A stretch of 64,000 nt of DNA, from NCBI GenBank assembly GCA_019057475.1, contig DXJO01000041.1, positions 32,001 to 96,000 of the forward strand, read 5' to 3'. The notes under the pieces were generated by a model that was given only the letters and a program-made list of their open reading frames with translations, searched no databases and was not told where the DNA came from. How positions within the stretch are numbered: the stretch's first letter is position 1; every line of letters begins with the position of its first letter. This DNA is from Candidatus Thorarchaeota archaeon. GTDB lineage: Archaea; Asgardarchaeota; Thorarchaeia; Thorarchaeales; Thorarchaeaceae. The position numbers and the translations under genes were made by a program. Shown one piece after another: positions 10,244-20,672 of this stretch.

Positions 10244-10782
10244 AACCAGAGTATGTAGACTCGGTACAGTGGGACACGGTGCGGAATCAGATAGATTCGG
10301 ACTTTGGTGCCGGTGTGACAAAGCGCATCTTGGGTACTCTTACACCAGTATCATTACCCAGAGCCAAGGGAATCTCATTCTATCTAGTTCCTACCGGCTG
10401 GCTGCAGATTATTGACCGTGACTTCAAGCAATTCACGCCCCTCTCACTCGGCATGTGGCTTGGAGACCTCGTGGATGGCAAGTTTAGGTTGAGCCTACCA
10501 GCACTGGAACGCGTTCAAGAATTCACTTCCAACCTTCTCATTGTTTCAAGGCGGGGAGCTGAATCATTTACATACGGAAGAAGCATTCTCAAAGAGTCAG
10601 TTATCAAGATTGACCCTTCACTTTTGAGAGGTCAAAAGGTTTTCATCCTCAACGAATCAAACGAGTGTCTCGGTCTGGCAGCGCTCTCAGTGGATGCTGC
10701 CAAGATTGGACGTCTGGCCAAGGATAGACTTGTGGCCAAGAACCTTGTTGACATCGGATGGTACATACGAAGGTTGAGCTAG
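10240..10782 (+). CDS. NIP7-like PUA-domain ribosome biogenesis protein
   Basis: ESFTYGRSILKESV...KNLVDIGWYIRR; coupled to the NOP2-like gene. Confidence 0.8.
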   Translation: MKPEYVDSVQWDTVRNQIDSDFGAGVTKRILGTLTPVSLPRAKGISFYLVPTGWLQIIDRDFKQFTPLSLGMWLGDLVDGKFRLSLPALERVQEFTSNLLIVSRRGAESFTYGRSILKESVIKIDPSLLRGQKVFILNESNECLGLAALSVDAAKIGRLAKDRLVAKNLVDIGWYIRRLS

Positions 10783-11519
10783 ACAAACATGTCAGAGGTC
10801 CGATCGTCGGATTCGATTGATCTGCGCATCTTCTCAAGCCGTTCAATCTCTTTGCTCTCTTCTAGGAGTTGCTCCACATTGGCCTTTAGACCGTATACTT
10901 GGTTCAGCTTCTCCAGCATTGCGGCGGCTGCTCGCGGATCTGGTCTTCCTCGTATTGCATAGGACAGCAGACCGATTGCGGGAGCATCTCGCATCTCTAG
11001 CTCTGCCAGCAGGAGCGCGAGTGGACCAGCCACGAAGAGCCCCTCCTCTAGGAGCGGAACATCCCACTTCTCAATTAAGGGTTCATACTTGCTCGTTGGG
11101 ACGCAACGCATGTTGGCTTCACCTTCCTTAAAGCTTGCATCCAATCCGCCTAGGAGGATGGTTTCTGAGAACTTGCACTTTGCTAGCCACTCAGCCAGTC
11201 TGTCGACAAAATTCCACTGGTCGCTCTGATGTGGCTGGAATCGAGGTACGAGAAAGATCAGTTTCTTTTTTGCATAGGAATAGAGCTCGAACGGAAGTAC
11301 CAACCTATTATTTTCCATCGATACAAATAATGGCAGCATGTCGCTCTTGATGAACCCAACTCGTTTTGCTTCTAATGTTCTGGTCAAATGGGCGGTGCTT
11401 AAGAAGCCTACTTCGCCCAGACCATGAAAGCCGCAGATGAATGTGGAGCCGGGCTTGACTTGGAAGCCCTTCTTCAAGATGATGTCAAAACCAGACTGTC
11501 TCGTTGCAACAAATGCCAT
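10779..11519 (-). CDS. PAC2-family proteasome assembly chaperone
   Basis: GFHGLGEVG, GGLD, PDPRAAA motifs. Confidence 0.85.
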   Translation of the reverse strand: MAFVATRQSGFDIILKKGFQVKPGSTFICGFHGLGEVGFLSTAHLTRTLEAKRVGFIKSDMLPLFVSMENNRLVLPFELYSYAKKKLIFLVPRFQPHQSDQWNFVDRLAEWLAKCKFSETILLGGLDASFKEGEANMRCVPTSKYEPLIEKWDVPLLEEGLFVAGPLALLLAELEMRDAPAIGLLSYAIRGRPDPRAAAAMLEKLNQVYGLKANVEQLLEESKEIERLEKMRRSIESDDRTSDMFV

Positions 11520-11815
11520 TCTCTCATGCCTCTTTGAAGTAGCAAGGGATGTATTTGCCGTTCCTTGCCCTTTCAAATAGCGCTGTGGCTCTGTTCCTTT
11601 TTAACACTGTGTCATAGCAGGATAGGACACCATCATCTTGTCTGCTCAGATTGACAATCGAACCGAAAGGGAAGCGAAGGGCAACTCATCAATATTCCAA
11701 GAAATCGCTGCTGCTGGGTATTTTTGGATAATACTAGCACTTTTTGGTTAACGACAAAGCAAGAGAATGACATATCCTCATATGTTCCATAAGGTTAGCA
11801 TCGGAGCAGATTTAG

Positions 11816-14035
11816 TTGAGCACGCTTAGAGAACTTGAAATCGAGCATGTTTCGCCTCGTCTATTGGAAGTTCTCAGAAGAGAGGGCCTGACTAGTCTAA
11901 CCCAATTTCAGTCTGCTGCGGTTGATGGAGGGATTTTGAGAGGGGAGAGTCAAATTCTGCAGACCTATGATTATGAAGAGGCCTATCAGATAGCGGAGAT
12001 ATCGCTTCTGAATCGCGTAGCGTCTGACTTCAAGACGAGGGCGCTTGTGCTCTGTCCAAACCCACATCAAGCCGAGAAACGATTCCATTCGTTGAGCTAC
12101 AGATGTAAACGACTTGGCATCGAAGCTACAGCAATCATTCGGAGAAGGACAGCAATTGGGGACGCATGGAAAGGGGGACGCGTAATCGTTGCCACCTTCC
12201 GGTCTCTAGACATCGCTCTGCGCGTACATCCTGATGCATTCAAAGGTATCGAGTGTCTCCTAACCGACCGTCTTGACTTGATTGGCCAGCCAAGGCTTGG
12301 TGCGAAGCTGGAAACTGTGCTGGTTACATTAATGGGCATGAACACTGAACTGCAGCATGTCGTGGTAAGCCCCCCGGTCGCAGATGTAGAAGATCTTAGT
12401 TCATGGCTAGGCGCGGGGATTGTAGAGGACACTAAGACTGACATGAAACGCATATTCAGTGTCAAGGCATTCGAAAGCGTCAGCGAGTCTCTCGCGGACC
12501 TCACTGAGTTTGTTCACCATAGGCGTGGACAGGTAGCCATTCTTTGCTCCAACATTCATGCATGCGAAGAGTTGGCGGCTCAGCTTACAGGAGTAGGTGA
12601 TGCAAGCAAGGAGTCAGCTCTTGATCTTAGGCTAGCGCCCGAACATAGGGATGACCTTAGAGGCCTCTCGAGGGATATTATGGGGAGGTACCCAGAATGC
12701 GCGACATCAGTTATGCTGGGGCGAACCATCTCCAGAGGGGTTGCATTCATTCACGAGGGAATTGCACGAAATCAGAGGAGGACCATATCCGGTGCGTGGG
12801 AAGACGGTCTCGTGCCAGTGATTATCATGCCAACGCGCTTTGCGATTGCAAGCGGACTGAGAGCGACTGTAGTCTTTCTCATCGGAGTCTTCATGCAGGA
12901 TCTAATTGGAGACCTGGCAGATGAGGAGGAGTTAACCCAACTCTCTGAATGGCAACTCAATGATGTACTTAGCTCTGTTGGAAGGAGAAGAGTCGACAAT
13001 GAAGCTTTTGGAATAGTCGTTGTCGGCACCCAAACTGAAAGGCACAGAGTTCTTGCACAATACTTCGTCGAGGATTCGGAAGGGAACATCAGTCCCAGGC
13101 TTGGTGAGGTTGACAGCTCGATGGATGATCCAGAGAATGCTCAAGATCTCGTACTTCGACAGCTGTGCAATGACCACACAAAAGAGGAAGACCCATTCTC
13201 GATTATGGACCGTACATTCTGGGCGGCGACCAATCGCGTCACTCAGATATCTCGCGAGGGTTTAATGTTGGCAGACGATGCTGATGTTCAGACACTAATT
13301 TCCCTGCGTACAACGAAATCCACAACCACACGTGCGCGCGAGATACCTGACGAGGATGTGAGGTTGGTAAGCATAAGCCCTAGCAAGATCGAGGGTCTCG
13401 TGCATAGTCGAAGTCGCGACTTGTGGCACCATGTCGTTGTCAGGGCAGGGGAGGGGGTTTCCTGCACCTGCGAGTCATGGAAGTATCAAGGAATCAAGAG
13501 GCACAGGCTATGCAAACACCTGGTTAGATTTTCGGATTTCGCTCTTCAGAACGATGAAACCAAACCATACGCCGCTTCGGTAATTCGACAATCGCTGAGA
13601 GGATTGGAGATTCTTGGCGAATTGGAGAGAGAAGGATTGATGCAGCGGGATGGTAAGGGTTTCAGATGTACTGAACTCGGGCAAAGTATCACTGTTCTGG
13701 GTGTTTCCGTGAAGGATGCGAAGAGATTGACCAAAGCACTGGGACAAGCGAGGAATAAGCTGGCGAATATCCTGATAGATGTTGCAGTGGCAAGAACGGG
13801 AATGCCTAGGAAGGCGATTGCGGGAGTTCTTGATGCGGTACAGACACAAGACGTGAAAAAAGTTGTGAAGTGTGAGCAACATGGACTAGGAATTGTTGAG
13901 AATTGTTTGGAAGAGTTGCACTACATCAACAGCATCCTGATAGGCATCATGGGAAGAAAAGCCGACAAAGAACTGAAGAGAGAGATTCGTAAACTAGACA
14001 AGAATTTGACGGCCACCGTAGACACCATCAGTTAG
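11816..14035 (+). CDS. Hel308/Ski2-like helicase homolog with degenerate ATPase motifs and an inserted SWIM zinc finger
   Basis: Hel308-like scaffold (LTQFQSAAVDGGILRGES, LIGQPRLGAKLE, RGVAFIHEGI, TELGQ); CTC...LCKH SWIM motif; Walker A and DExH replaced. Confidence 0.75.
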   Translation: MSTLRELEIEHVSPRLLEVLRREGLTSLTQFQSAAVDGGILRGESQILQTYDYEEAYQIAEISLLNRVASDFKTRALVLCPNPHQAEKRFHSLSYRCKRLGIEATAIIRRRTAIGDAWKGGRVIVATFRSLDIALRVHPDAFKGIECLLTDRLDLIGQPRLGAKLETVLVTLMGMNTELQHVVVSPPVADVEDLSSWLGAGIVEDTKTDMKRIFSVKAFESVSESLADLTEFVHHRRGQVAILCSNIHACEELAAQLTGVGDASKESALDLRLAPEHRDDLRGLSRDIMGRYPECATSVMLGRTISRGVAFIHEGIARNQRRTISGAWEDGLVPVIIMPTRFAIASGLRATVVFLIGVFMQDLIGDLADEEELTQLSEWQLNDVLSSVGRRRVDNEAFGIVVVGTQTERHRVLAQYFVEDSEGNISPRLGEVDSSMDDPENAQDLVLRQLCNDHTKEEDPFSIMDRTFWAATNRVTQISREGLMLADDADVQTLISLRTTKSTTTRAREIPDEDVRLVSISPSKIEGLVHSRSRDLWHHVVVRAGEGVSCTCESWKYQGIKRHRLCKHLVRFSDFALQNDETKPYAASVIRQSLRGLEILGELEREGLMQRDGKGFRCTELGQSITVLGVSVKDAKRLTKALGQARNKLANILIDVAVARTGMPRKAIAGVLDAVQTQDVKKVVKCEQHGLGIVENCLEELHYINSILIGIMGRKADKELKREIRKLDKNLTATVDTIS

Positions 14036-14202
14036 CATTACTCGAAACTTTAACGAACCTAAACACTCCAACGAAAATTTGCACGGGTCGGATACCAATC
14101 AAAGCATTCCTGCATTTTCAGTTACCTTTTTCTAGCTCAGAGTGTCGGTCCGAGCCTATGCCCGGGGTCGTACAATGAGCCCCAAAGCATGGGAGCATTA
14201 TC

Positions 14203-15348
14203 ATGAAATTACTTGAGCATGAAGCCAAGGACATTTTCCGTGCCTTCAATATGCCTACACCCCCCGGAGGTGTAGCTAAGACGCCTGAAGAAGCGATGAA
14301 TCTCGCAGCCAAGGTGGGTAAACCCGTTGTCGTCAAGGCACAGGTACTCTCAGGGAAGAGGGGGAAGGCAGGCGGTGTGAAGTTCGCAGACACACCTGAG
14401 CAAGCCAAGGAAGTCGCAAAGCATATCCTTGGATTGAAAATCAATAATTTGTCCGTGGAATCAGTCTTGGTTGAGGAAAAACTGGACATTCAACAGGAGA
14501 TCTATGCAGGCATTACCATTGACAGGAATAAGCGAAAATACGTTGTGATAGGCAGTGGAGCCGGTGGGATGTCAATCGAAGAGCTTGCAGAAGAAAACCC
14601 TGAGAAGATTGTGAAGATGCATGTAGATCCGAGCATTGGATTCCTGCCCTATAATGCCCGCGAAATGGCCACAAGGATGGGGTTCCGAGGGAAGCAGATT
14701 AACAAGTTGGCAAGCTTCTTCCTCAAACTGTGGAACATTGTTGAAGCAAACGACGTAGAGCTGACAGAGATTAATCCCCTTATTCTAACAAAGGATGGCA
14801 GATTCCTAGCAGCTGATGCGCGTCTGAATGTGGATGATAATGCACTCTTCAGGCACAAGCAAATAATGGATAGTCTGAAGAGGGACCCAGTAGAGCAAAA
14901 TGAAAGAGAGAAGTTAGCAACAGAGAATGACATGGCCTATGTCGAGCTCGACGGCAACATTGCATGCATCTGCAATGGAGCAGGACTCACAATGGCAACC
15001 CTTGATACTGTGTCGCTGTACGGAGGCAGCGCGAGCACCTTTCTTGACCTAGGTGGCGGGGCAGATGCAGAGAGAGTGGAGAAAGGCATCGAGGTAGCCC
15101 TGATGTATCCCAAGGTCAAAGCCATACTCATCAACATAATGGGAGGAATAACGCGATGCGACGAGGTGGCGAAAGGTATCCTAGCCGCACGTGATGATGG
15201 CGACATAACCGTGCCAATGGTTGTACGCATGGTTGGAACGAATGAAGAAGAGGGACAAGAGATTCTGAACAAGGCAGGAATCCCGTTCCTGAAAACCATG
15301 GAGGAAGCAGCCTCCAAGGTGGTTAATCTTGCAAAGGAGGCAAAATAG
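14203..15348 (+). CDS. sucC: Succinyl-CoA synthetase beta subunit
   Basis: KAQVLSGKRGKAGG, NGAGLTMATLD, GGITRCDEVA. Confidence 0.95.
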   Translation: MKLLEHEAKDIFRAFNMPTPPGGVAKTPEEAMNLAAKVGKPVVVKAQVLSGKRGKAGGVKFADTPEQAKEVAKHILGLKINNLSVESVLVEEKLDIQQEIYAGITIDRNKRKYVVIGSGAGGMSIEELAEENPEKIVKMHVDPSIGFLPYNAREMATRMGFRGKQINKLASFFLKLWNIVEANDVELTEINPLILTKDGRFLAADARLNVDDNALFRHKQIMDSLKRDPVEQNEREKLATENDMAYVELDGNIACICNGAGLTMATLDTVSLYGGSASTFLDLGGGADAERVEKGIEVALMYPKVKAILINIMGGITRCDEVAKGILAARDDGDITVPMVVRMVGTNEEEGQEILNKAGIPFLKTMEEAASKVVNLAKEAK

Positions 15349-15349
15349 A

Positions 15350-16219
15350 ATGGCGATTTTAGCAGACAAGGACACCAGAGTCATCATTCAGGGAATCACA
15401 GGTGGACAGGGAACATTTCACTCACGGGCCATGCTTGAGTATGGAACCAAAATCGTTGCAGGGGTGACACCTGGGAAAGGCGGTCAAGAGGTCAATAGAA
15501 TCCCGGTCTTTGATACTGTAATGGAAGCAAAGGAGGCACATGATGCCACTGCTGCGGTAATTTTTGTTCCTGCACCGTTCGCAGGAGACGCCGCACTTGA
15601 GGCAATTGCTGCACAGCTGAATCCTGTTGTTGTGATAACTGAGCATGTTCCCGTTCGCGATGAGATTAGAGTAATTCATACCGCTAAAAGGCAGGGAATC
15701 ACCGTGATTGGCCCCAATACGCCAGGAGTGATTACTCCAGGAGCAAAGCAGAAGCTTGGCATCATGCCCGGTCACGTCTTTGCTGATGGTCCTGTGGGAC
15801 TCATGTCGCGAAGCGGCACACTAACCTATGAGATTGCAGCTGGGATGACATACGCAGGAATCGGAATGACCACTGCGATTGGTCTTGGTGGGGATCCATG
15901 CGTTGGACTGACGCCCATAGAGGCAGTCAAACTGTTCGAGAACGACAATGACACCAAGGCATTGGTTCTTGTGGGGGAAATAGGCGGTGATGCAGAAGAA
16001 CGCGCGGCAGCATATATCAAAGAAAACTATGACCGACCTGTCGTAGGCTACATCGCAGGAAGAACCGCGCCTCCAGGCAAGAGGATGGGACACGCAGGAG
16101 CCATCATAAGTGGCAGCACCGGAACTGCACAGGCCAAGATCAAGGCGCTGAACGACGCAGGCATACCAGTGGCAGAAAAGCCAAGTGATGTCGCCAGATT
16201 GCTCCAAGATGTCTTGTGA
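15350..16219 (+). CDS. sucD: Succinyl-CoA synthetase alpha subunit
   Basis: QGITG, GPNTPG, SRSGTLTYE, RMGHAGA (phospho-His). Confidence 0.95.
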   Translation: MAILADKDTRVIIQGITGGQGTFHSRAMLEYGTKIVAGVTPGKGGQEVNRIPVFDTVMEAKEAHDATAAVIFVPAPFAGDAALEAIAAQLNPVVVITEHVPVRDEIRVIHTAKRQGITVIGPNTPGVITPGAKQKLGIMPGHVFADGPVGLMSRSGTLTYEIAAGMTYAGIGMTTAIGLGGDPCVGLTPIEAVKLFENDNDTKALVLVGEIGGDAEERAAAYIKENYDRPVVGYIAGRTAPPGKRMGHAGAIISGSTGTAQAKIKALNDAGIPVAEKPSDVARLLQDVL

Positions 16220-16343
16220 GCGGGCTCAGTACATGCAAATGGTGGCGTAGAGAGCATAAGTTTTTTAACGTCACCTAGCGGGGATGCCTGAGCAGACTTG
16301 AGGGGAACCAGATAGTCCGCCGTTAAGGAATGAGGTTATAGAT

Positions 16344-16502
16344 ATGCCAGTAGCAGATATCGAAAAACGCAGACTTGCACAACATTATCTGCTCTACAAA
16401 TCGGTATGCCGTTATTGCGGAGCTACCAACCCGCTGAAGGCGAAGAAGTGTAGAAAGTGCCATACAAAGGACCTCAGGCCGAAGAGGCGGTCTAGAAGGT
16501 AG
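16344..16502 (+). CDS. rpl40e: Ribosomal protein eL40 (L40e), not fused to ubiquitin
   Basis: Manual translation [52 protein letters not shown]; below the ORF-track size cutoff. Confidence 0.92.
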   Translation: MPVADIEKRRLAQHYLLYKSVCRYCGATNPLKAKKCRKCHTKDLRPKRRSRR

Positions 16503-16530
16503 TTCCTCCCGAGTGATGAGCCGGCAGTAT

Positions 16531-16607
16531 GGGCCGGTGATCTAGTTGGCTATGATGCCGCCTTCACACGGCGGAAATCGGGTGTTCGAGTCACCCCCGG
16601 CCCACCA
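16531..16607 (+). tRNA. tRNA-Val(CAC), intronless, CCA encoded
   Basis: GGGCCGG/CCGGCCC acceptor, CCGCC-TTCACAC-GGCGG anticodon arm, GGGTG-TTCGAGT-CACCC T arm. Confidence 0.95.
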
Positions 16608-16638
16608 CTGACAAGAAATGATAACAAGGGGCGCAACA

Positions 16639-16854
16639 ATGCCAAAGCAAATCTATGACGCAGAAAAGTTCCTCGAGATGACTGAGAACGCAACAGAGTG
16701 TCGCGTGAAGCGAGGCGCAAACCAGGTCACTCTGAAGCTCCGGACTGGTAGGTATCTTTACACGCTTATCGTTGAACCCCAGAAAGCTGAAGAGATTCTT
16801 CAGCAGGTGAAGTGCCAAATCGTAGAGGCTCGCTCCATTTCCGAAGAGAGCTAG
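16639..16854 (+). CDS. rpl38e: Ribosomal protein eL38 (L38e)
   Basis: MPKQI...KFLE...KLRTGRYLYTL signature. Confidence 0.9.
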   Translation: MPKQIYDAEKFLEMTENATECRVKRGANQVTLKLRTGRYLYTLIVEPQKAEEILQQVKCQIVEARSISEES

Positions 16855-18116
16855 ATCTCGAAACTCTCGCTAACCTCGGGCACATGCGCTCGACGACCTG
16901 ATTTCTTCAACTTCTCCGCCAAGGCGTCACAAGACTCAGACTCGCCGTGAACCACGTAGAACTCTGGGTCTCCGGGTATCTTCTTCAGCAAGTCCAACAG
17001 ACCTCTAGAGTCAGAATGAGATGATAGATGGTGCATCCTTACTTCGGCGTCCACTTCGAAATCACGGTTGCCAACTGTGACCCTATTCTTTGCCAGCAGC
17101 TCTGCACCAGGCGTCCCAGGAATCTGGAAACTGACGAGTATGATCGCATTCTTTGGATTATCATATAGCATCTTAAAGTACAGGTGGGAAGCTCCACCCT
17201 TCAACATCCCTGCTGGAGAAATTATGATTCCGCCCTTCTTGACTGCGCGCTGACGATCTCGTTTGTCATGTATTGCATGTGCCCTCGACACAGCCCGTGA
17301 GAATGCTTGAGGCGAAGCGATGTATTCTGGATGTTTCACCAAGATATCATTGACCTTTCTGGCCATTCCATCCACATAGATTGGGTATTTCCGGGGAATA
17401 TTGCTGGCCTCAAGAATGCACATAATCTCTTGACTTCTCCCAACAGCAAACGCAGGAATGAGGACCGTCCCTCCGCGCTCCAAGGTTTCAATGACGGTGT
17501 CTACTAGATCTATCTCTATCTCTTCCCGATTCGGGTTCATTCTGCGAGCGTACGTGCTTTCGGTGACAACCACATCGTGCTTCGGGAGGTTTTTCCTTGC
17601 ACCCATATTCAGTCTAGACTCTATCGCGTTGAAGTCGCCAGTGAACAGGATTCTCTTGCCATTGCATCGCACAGAGACCATCGCACTCCCGGGGATATGT
17701 CCAGCATTGAACAGCGTCAACTCGAAGTTGTGACCAAGTGGGACCGTTTCCTCGTAGGCTGTAGGTTGACATTGACGCTTCACACGCGGAATCTCATTGC
17801 GACTGAAGGGAAGACGTCCTCTGGAAATCTTATCCATGTCGCGGAGCAGGAGTACGCTCAGATCGCGGGTTGCAGGCGTGCAGAAGAGAGATACATCGGG
17901 ATCTGAGAGGACCATGGGTATTCCCCCAGAATGATCAAGATGTGCGTGAGTGAGTGCGACCCCTTGGAGAGTATCCAACGGTACTGGGGGCGGAAACGCA
18001 GGCGGGTTGAGGAACTTAACACCATAGTCCACAATCACGCTCTCTTTGCCCTCTTCAATGAAGAACCCAGCACGACCTATCTCTCTACAGGAACCGAGGA
18101 ATGTCAACATTGTCAT
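16851..18116 (-). CDS. MBL-fold beta-CASP ribonuclease (aCPSF2-like)
   Basis: THAHLDHSG, AGHIPGS, FTGD, TESTY, AVGRSQE, SSHSD. Confidence 0.9.
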   Translation of the reverse strand: MTMLTFLGSCREIGRAGFFIEEGKESVIVDYGVKFLNPPAFPPPVPLDTLQGVALTHAHLDHSGGIPMVLSDPDVSLFCTPATRDLSVLLLRDMDKISRGRLPFSRNEIPRVKRQCQPTAYEETVPLGHNFELTLFNAGHIPGSAMVSVRCNGKRILFTGDFNAIESRLNMGARKNLPKHDVVVTESTYARRMNPNREEIEIDLVDTVIETLERGGTVLIPAFAVGRSQEIMCILEASNIPRKYPIYVDGMARKVNDILVKHPEYIASPQAFSRAVSRAHAIHDKRDRQRAVKKGGIIISPAGMLKGGASHLYFKMLYDNPKNAIILVSFQIPGTPGAELLAKNRVTVGNRDFEVDAEVRMHHLSSHSDSRGLLDLLKKIPGDPEFYVVHGESESCDALAEKLKKSGRRAHVPEVSESFEI

Positions 18117-18324
18117 CCGTCTTTACTCCGAAGGGTGACCGTGTTCGGTCGCAAGAAAAGGCTTTCGAAGGCGAATGTCCAGAATTTCTTTCTGATGCTC
18201 CAATAGGCGTGACATGCCTGCTCGCGGTTAAATCCAGCAATGTTTCCTAGCATCGGAATCAATATTAGAAGGACTCTACAGAGGGGCTATATTGAATCAG
18301 CGATAGCAAGCGTGGTGACTTCGG

Positions 18325-18639
18325 GTGACGGAGGGAAAGCCTGACAAAGTAGAGCAGACAGACTTCGGGCCTAGAGATGCAGTCGTCCTCGTTGGGTCAA
18401 AGAATGTGATGTCTTACGTGCTAGCATGTGTGACCCTCTTCAACAAGGGTGCCGAAGAAGTTGTGATTAAGGCCCGGGGGCGGCTCATTAGCAGAGCTGT
18501 TGACGTGGCTGAGATAACCCGTCATAGATTCATCACCGATGTTAAGGTCAAGGACATACAGATAGATACAACCACCGTGCAGACTGACAAGGGAAGCGAC
18601 TTGAACGTTTCCACGATCGATATTACGATCTCCAAATAG
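18325..18639 (+). CDS. albA: Alba chromatin/RNA-binding protein
   Basis: [26 protein letters not shown]. Confidence 0.95.
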   Translation: MTEGKPDKVEQTDFGPRDAVVLVGSKNVMSYVLACVTLFNKGAEEVVIKARGRLISRAVDVAEITRHRFITDVKVKDIQIDTTTVQTDKGSDLNVSTIDITISK

Positions 18640-18715
18640 TCTGAGAACAACTGATATTGTCCTCGCCCGAAGCCTGGCTACAGCTGGAGCGTTCTAGATT
18701 GGCGAGGAATAGAAA

Positions 18716-19306
18716 ATGAAAATACCAGTTTGCCGTTTTGATTTGGAGTCGGATACTCTGTGTCCCAATTGTCAGGAGCGATTCGATAAGGGCAAGATTA
18801 CTTCTTTCGATGTTGAGTTCTGCAAATGGCTGCTGGAAAAGGAGAAAGATTACTCAGCTTTGCAGGACCTCAATCTTCAACGAGCCATCAAGGTGGCAGA
18901 CCAGATAATCCTAGTTGTGAAGAAGAGGACCAAGGTCGCCTTGTTATCTGCGGAAGAGCTCATTGGTGATATCACTGAAACATTCGGTGAAATAATAATC
19001 ATCGAAGGGCCCATCAAGCTCCGGAAGATTGTCAGAACATTCATAGACCCTGCAATCGAAGTGGGAGTCAATAGTCTGCACATGCCCGGAGGATATAGGG
19101 AGAGCATAGTAATCTTGAGGGCGGACGATAAAGAACGGATTCCATACACGACTGCTCAACTCAAGGAAATTGTTTCCGCAATCATGGGAGAGGAAGTACT
19201 GTTTGAGTACGACGACGGTCGCCTTGAGAAAGATGATGACGCAACAGAGGATGAGTTCGAAGAGAGTATGCGAAAACTCAGCGAAAAACGGCGAGATATG
19301 AACTGA
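18716..19306 (+). CDS. Archaeal NusA-like KH-domain protein with N-terminal Cys motif
   Basis: MKIPVC.FD....LCPNCQ N-terminus typical of this archaeal family. Confidence 0.65.
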   Translation: MKIPVCRFDLESDTLCPNCQERFDKGKITSFDVEFCKWLLEKEKDYSALQDLNLQRAIKVADQIILVVKKRTKVALLSAEELIGDITETFGEIIIIEGPIKLRKIVRTFIDPAIEVGVNSLHMPGGYRESIVILRADDKERIPYTTAQLKEIVSAIMGEEVLFEYDDGRLEKDDDATEDEFEESMRKLSEKRRDMN

Positions 19307-19307
19307 C

Positions 19308-20660
19308 TCAGATTCTGTTTATGGGATGATTCTTCATTAGCTCGCGCATGACTATAGTTGCGTAGGATCCCTTCCTAAGGTTGAACTGCAGCCAGAGCCC
19401 GTCATCGTCACATCGTGGATTGAGTTCAGGGACCTTGATTGAGATTAGATGCAGACTCCCAGGAGAATCCAGCGCTTTGCTTTCTGTGCTTCTGAAATCC
19501 ATGAGGGTTATCCCTTCATCATTCAGTATTCTCTCAAGCATCTCTGATTGTAGGGATGGAGGCGTTCTCGTGGAATATCCAGGTAATGGGGCAGCCACAC
19601 CATATGCATCGGAACTCACAAGTTCTTTGCGTTGTTCGAGGTTCCGTTCTGTCACGAAAAGCCAGGAATCACGACCCGAATGCGCTTGATCCAATTGCAT
19701 CAGGAAATCGCCTGGTATGGGTGACTGTATGGAAAGCCCGGATCTCAGGCGTTGACTAATCAGTCGATTAAACAGATACGACTGATAAGAGTGCACAAAA
19801 AAGGTCTGAATACGTGAAGGTATCTTAGTGAACGCCCTGCGATAGTCGCCAGGATGTTTCATGAGATGTCTAAGCACGATACGCTCATGTCCCAGTCCCC
19901 TTGGGAAGCAATCGAGTATTTTCTGGTTCACAGTCATATTCTGCGCAATGTCCTGACGAGCTCCTGTGAGCTCTTCCGATTCATACTCACTTGTGACCGT
20001 CAGCATGATGCGAAGAGCCCCCTCGAAATCGCCCTCTACGGCAGTCTTTCCCACCATGTGTGTATCCGGTCGGGTTACACCAAACCGTTGAACGCCAAAG
20101 TAGTTGAGAATGAATTTTCCCGTCAACTCTTGCGCGATGTCCATGGAGTCCGTGCAACTGGATTCGAGTTCCCTCAATAAAATAGCAAACCGGTTTCCCC
20201 AGAGATCACCTATCAGAACGGGTTGTCGCACATACTCCATATCCCTGATTGCCATTTTGAAGAGTTTGAGCTTCGCAAGGGATTGAGATGCTCCAGCGGG
20301 CACTGACATGGATTGCACAGTCAGAGCACGCTTATCCTTCAGGCCAGCATAGGAGACTAGATGCCTTGGGAGGCCCAATTCTGTGGCGAGTATTGTGGAA
20401 ACATCCATCGTGGACAGGCCGAGTTTCTGGACAGTGAATCGAACGTATTTCCTTTTATCCCCGTCAATCGTGAGTTCAACCGCGGCTGCTGGGTCTGACT
20501 CATCAAGCGATTTCTGTAACTCCAGATTCCTCCCGTCTGGCAGTATCTCTTCGACGCGGAAATCCTCAAAGCGCGTCTTCAGCCGTCCTCCGATACCCTT
20601 CGCCTCAGTGCTGTAGAGCTCCATTCCCACTAGGACCTCGAGTGGATGGGGCTCAATCAA
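19308..20660 (-). CDS. truD: tRNA pseudouridine(13) synthase
   Basis: YAGLKDKRALT, LWGNRF, NYFGVQRFG, GSYATIVMRE. Confidence 0.95.
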   Translation of the reverse strand: MIEPHPLEVLVGMELYSTEAKGIGGRLKTRFEDFRVEEILPDGRNLELQKSLDESDPAAAVELTIDGDKRKYVRFTVQKLGLSTMDVSTILATELGLPRHLVSYAGLKDKRALTVQSMSVPAGASQSLAKLKLFKMAIRDMEYVRQPVLIGDLWGNRFAILLRELESSCTDSMDIAQELTGKFILNYFGVQRFGVTRPDTHMVGKTAVEGDFEGALRIMLTVTSEYESEELTGARQDIAQNMTVNQKILDCFPRGLGHERIVLRHLMKHPGDYRRAFTKIPSRIQTFFVHSYQSYLFNRLISQRLRSGLSIQSPIPGDFLMQLDQAHSGRDSWLFVTERNLEQRKELVSSDAYGVAAPLPGYSTRTPPSLQSEMLERILNDEGITLMDFRSTESKALDSPGSLHLISIKVPELNPRCDDDGLWLQFNLRKGSYATIVMRELMKNHPINRI

Positions 20661-20672
20661 GTGAAGTCCTCC

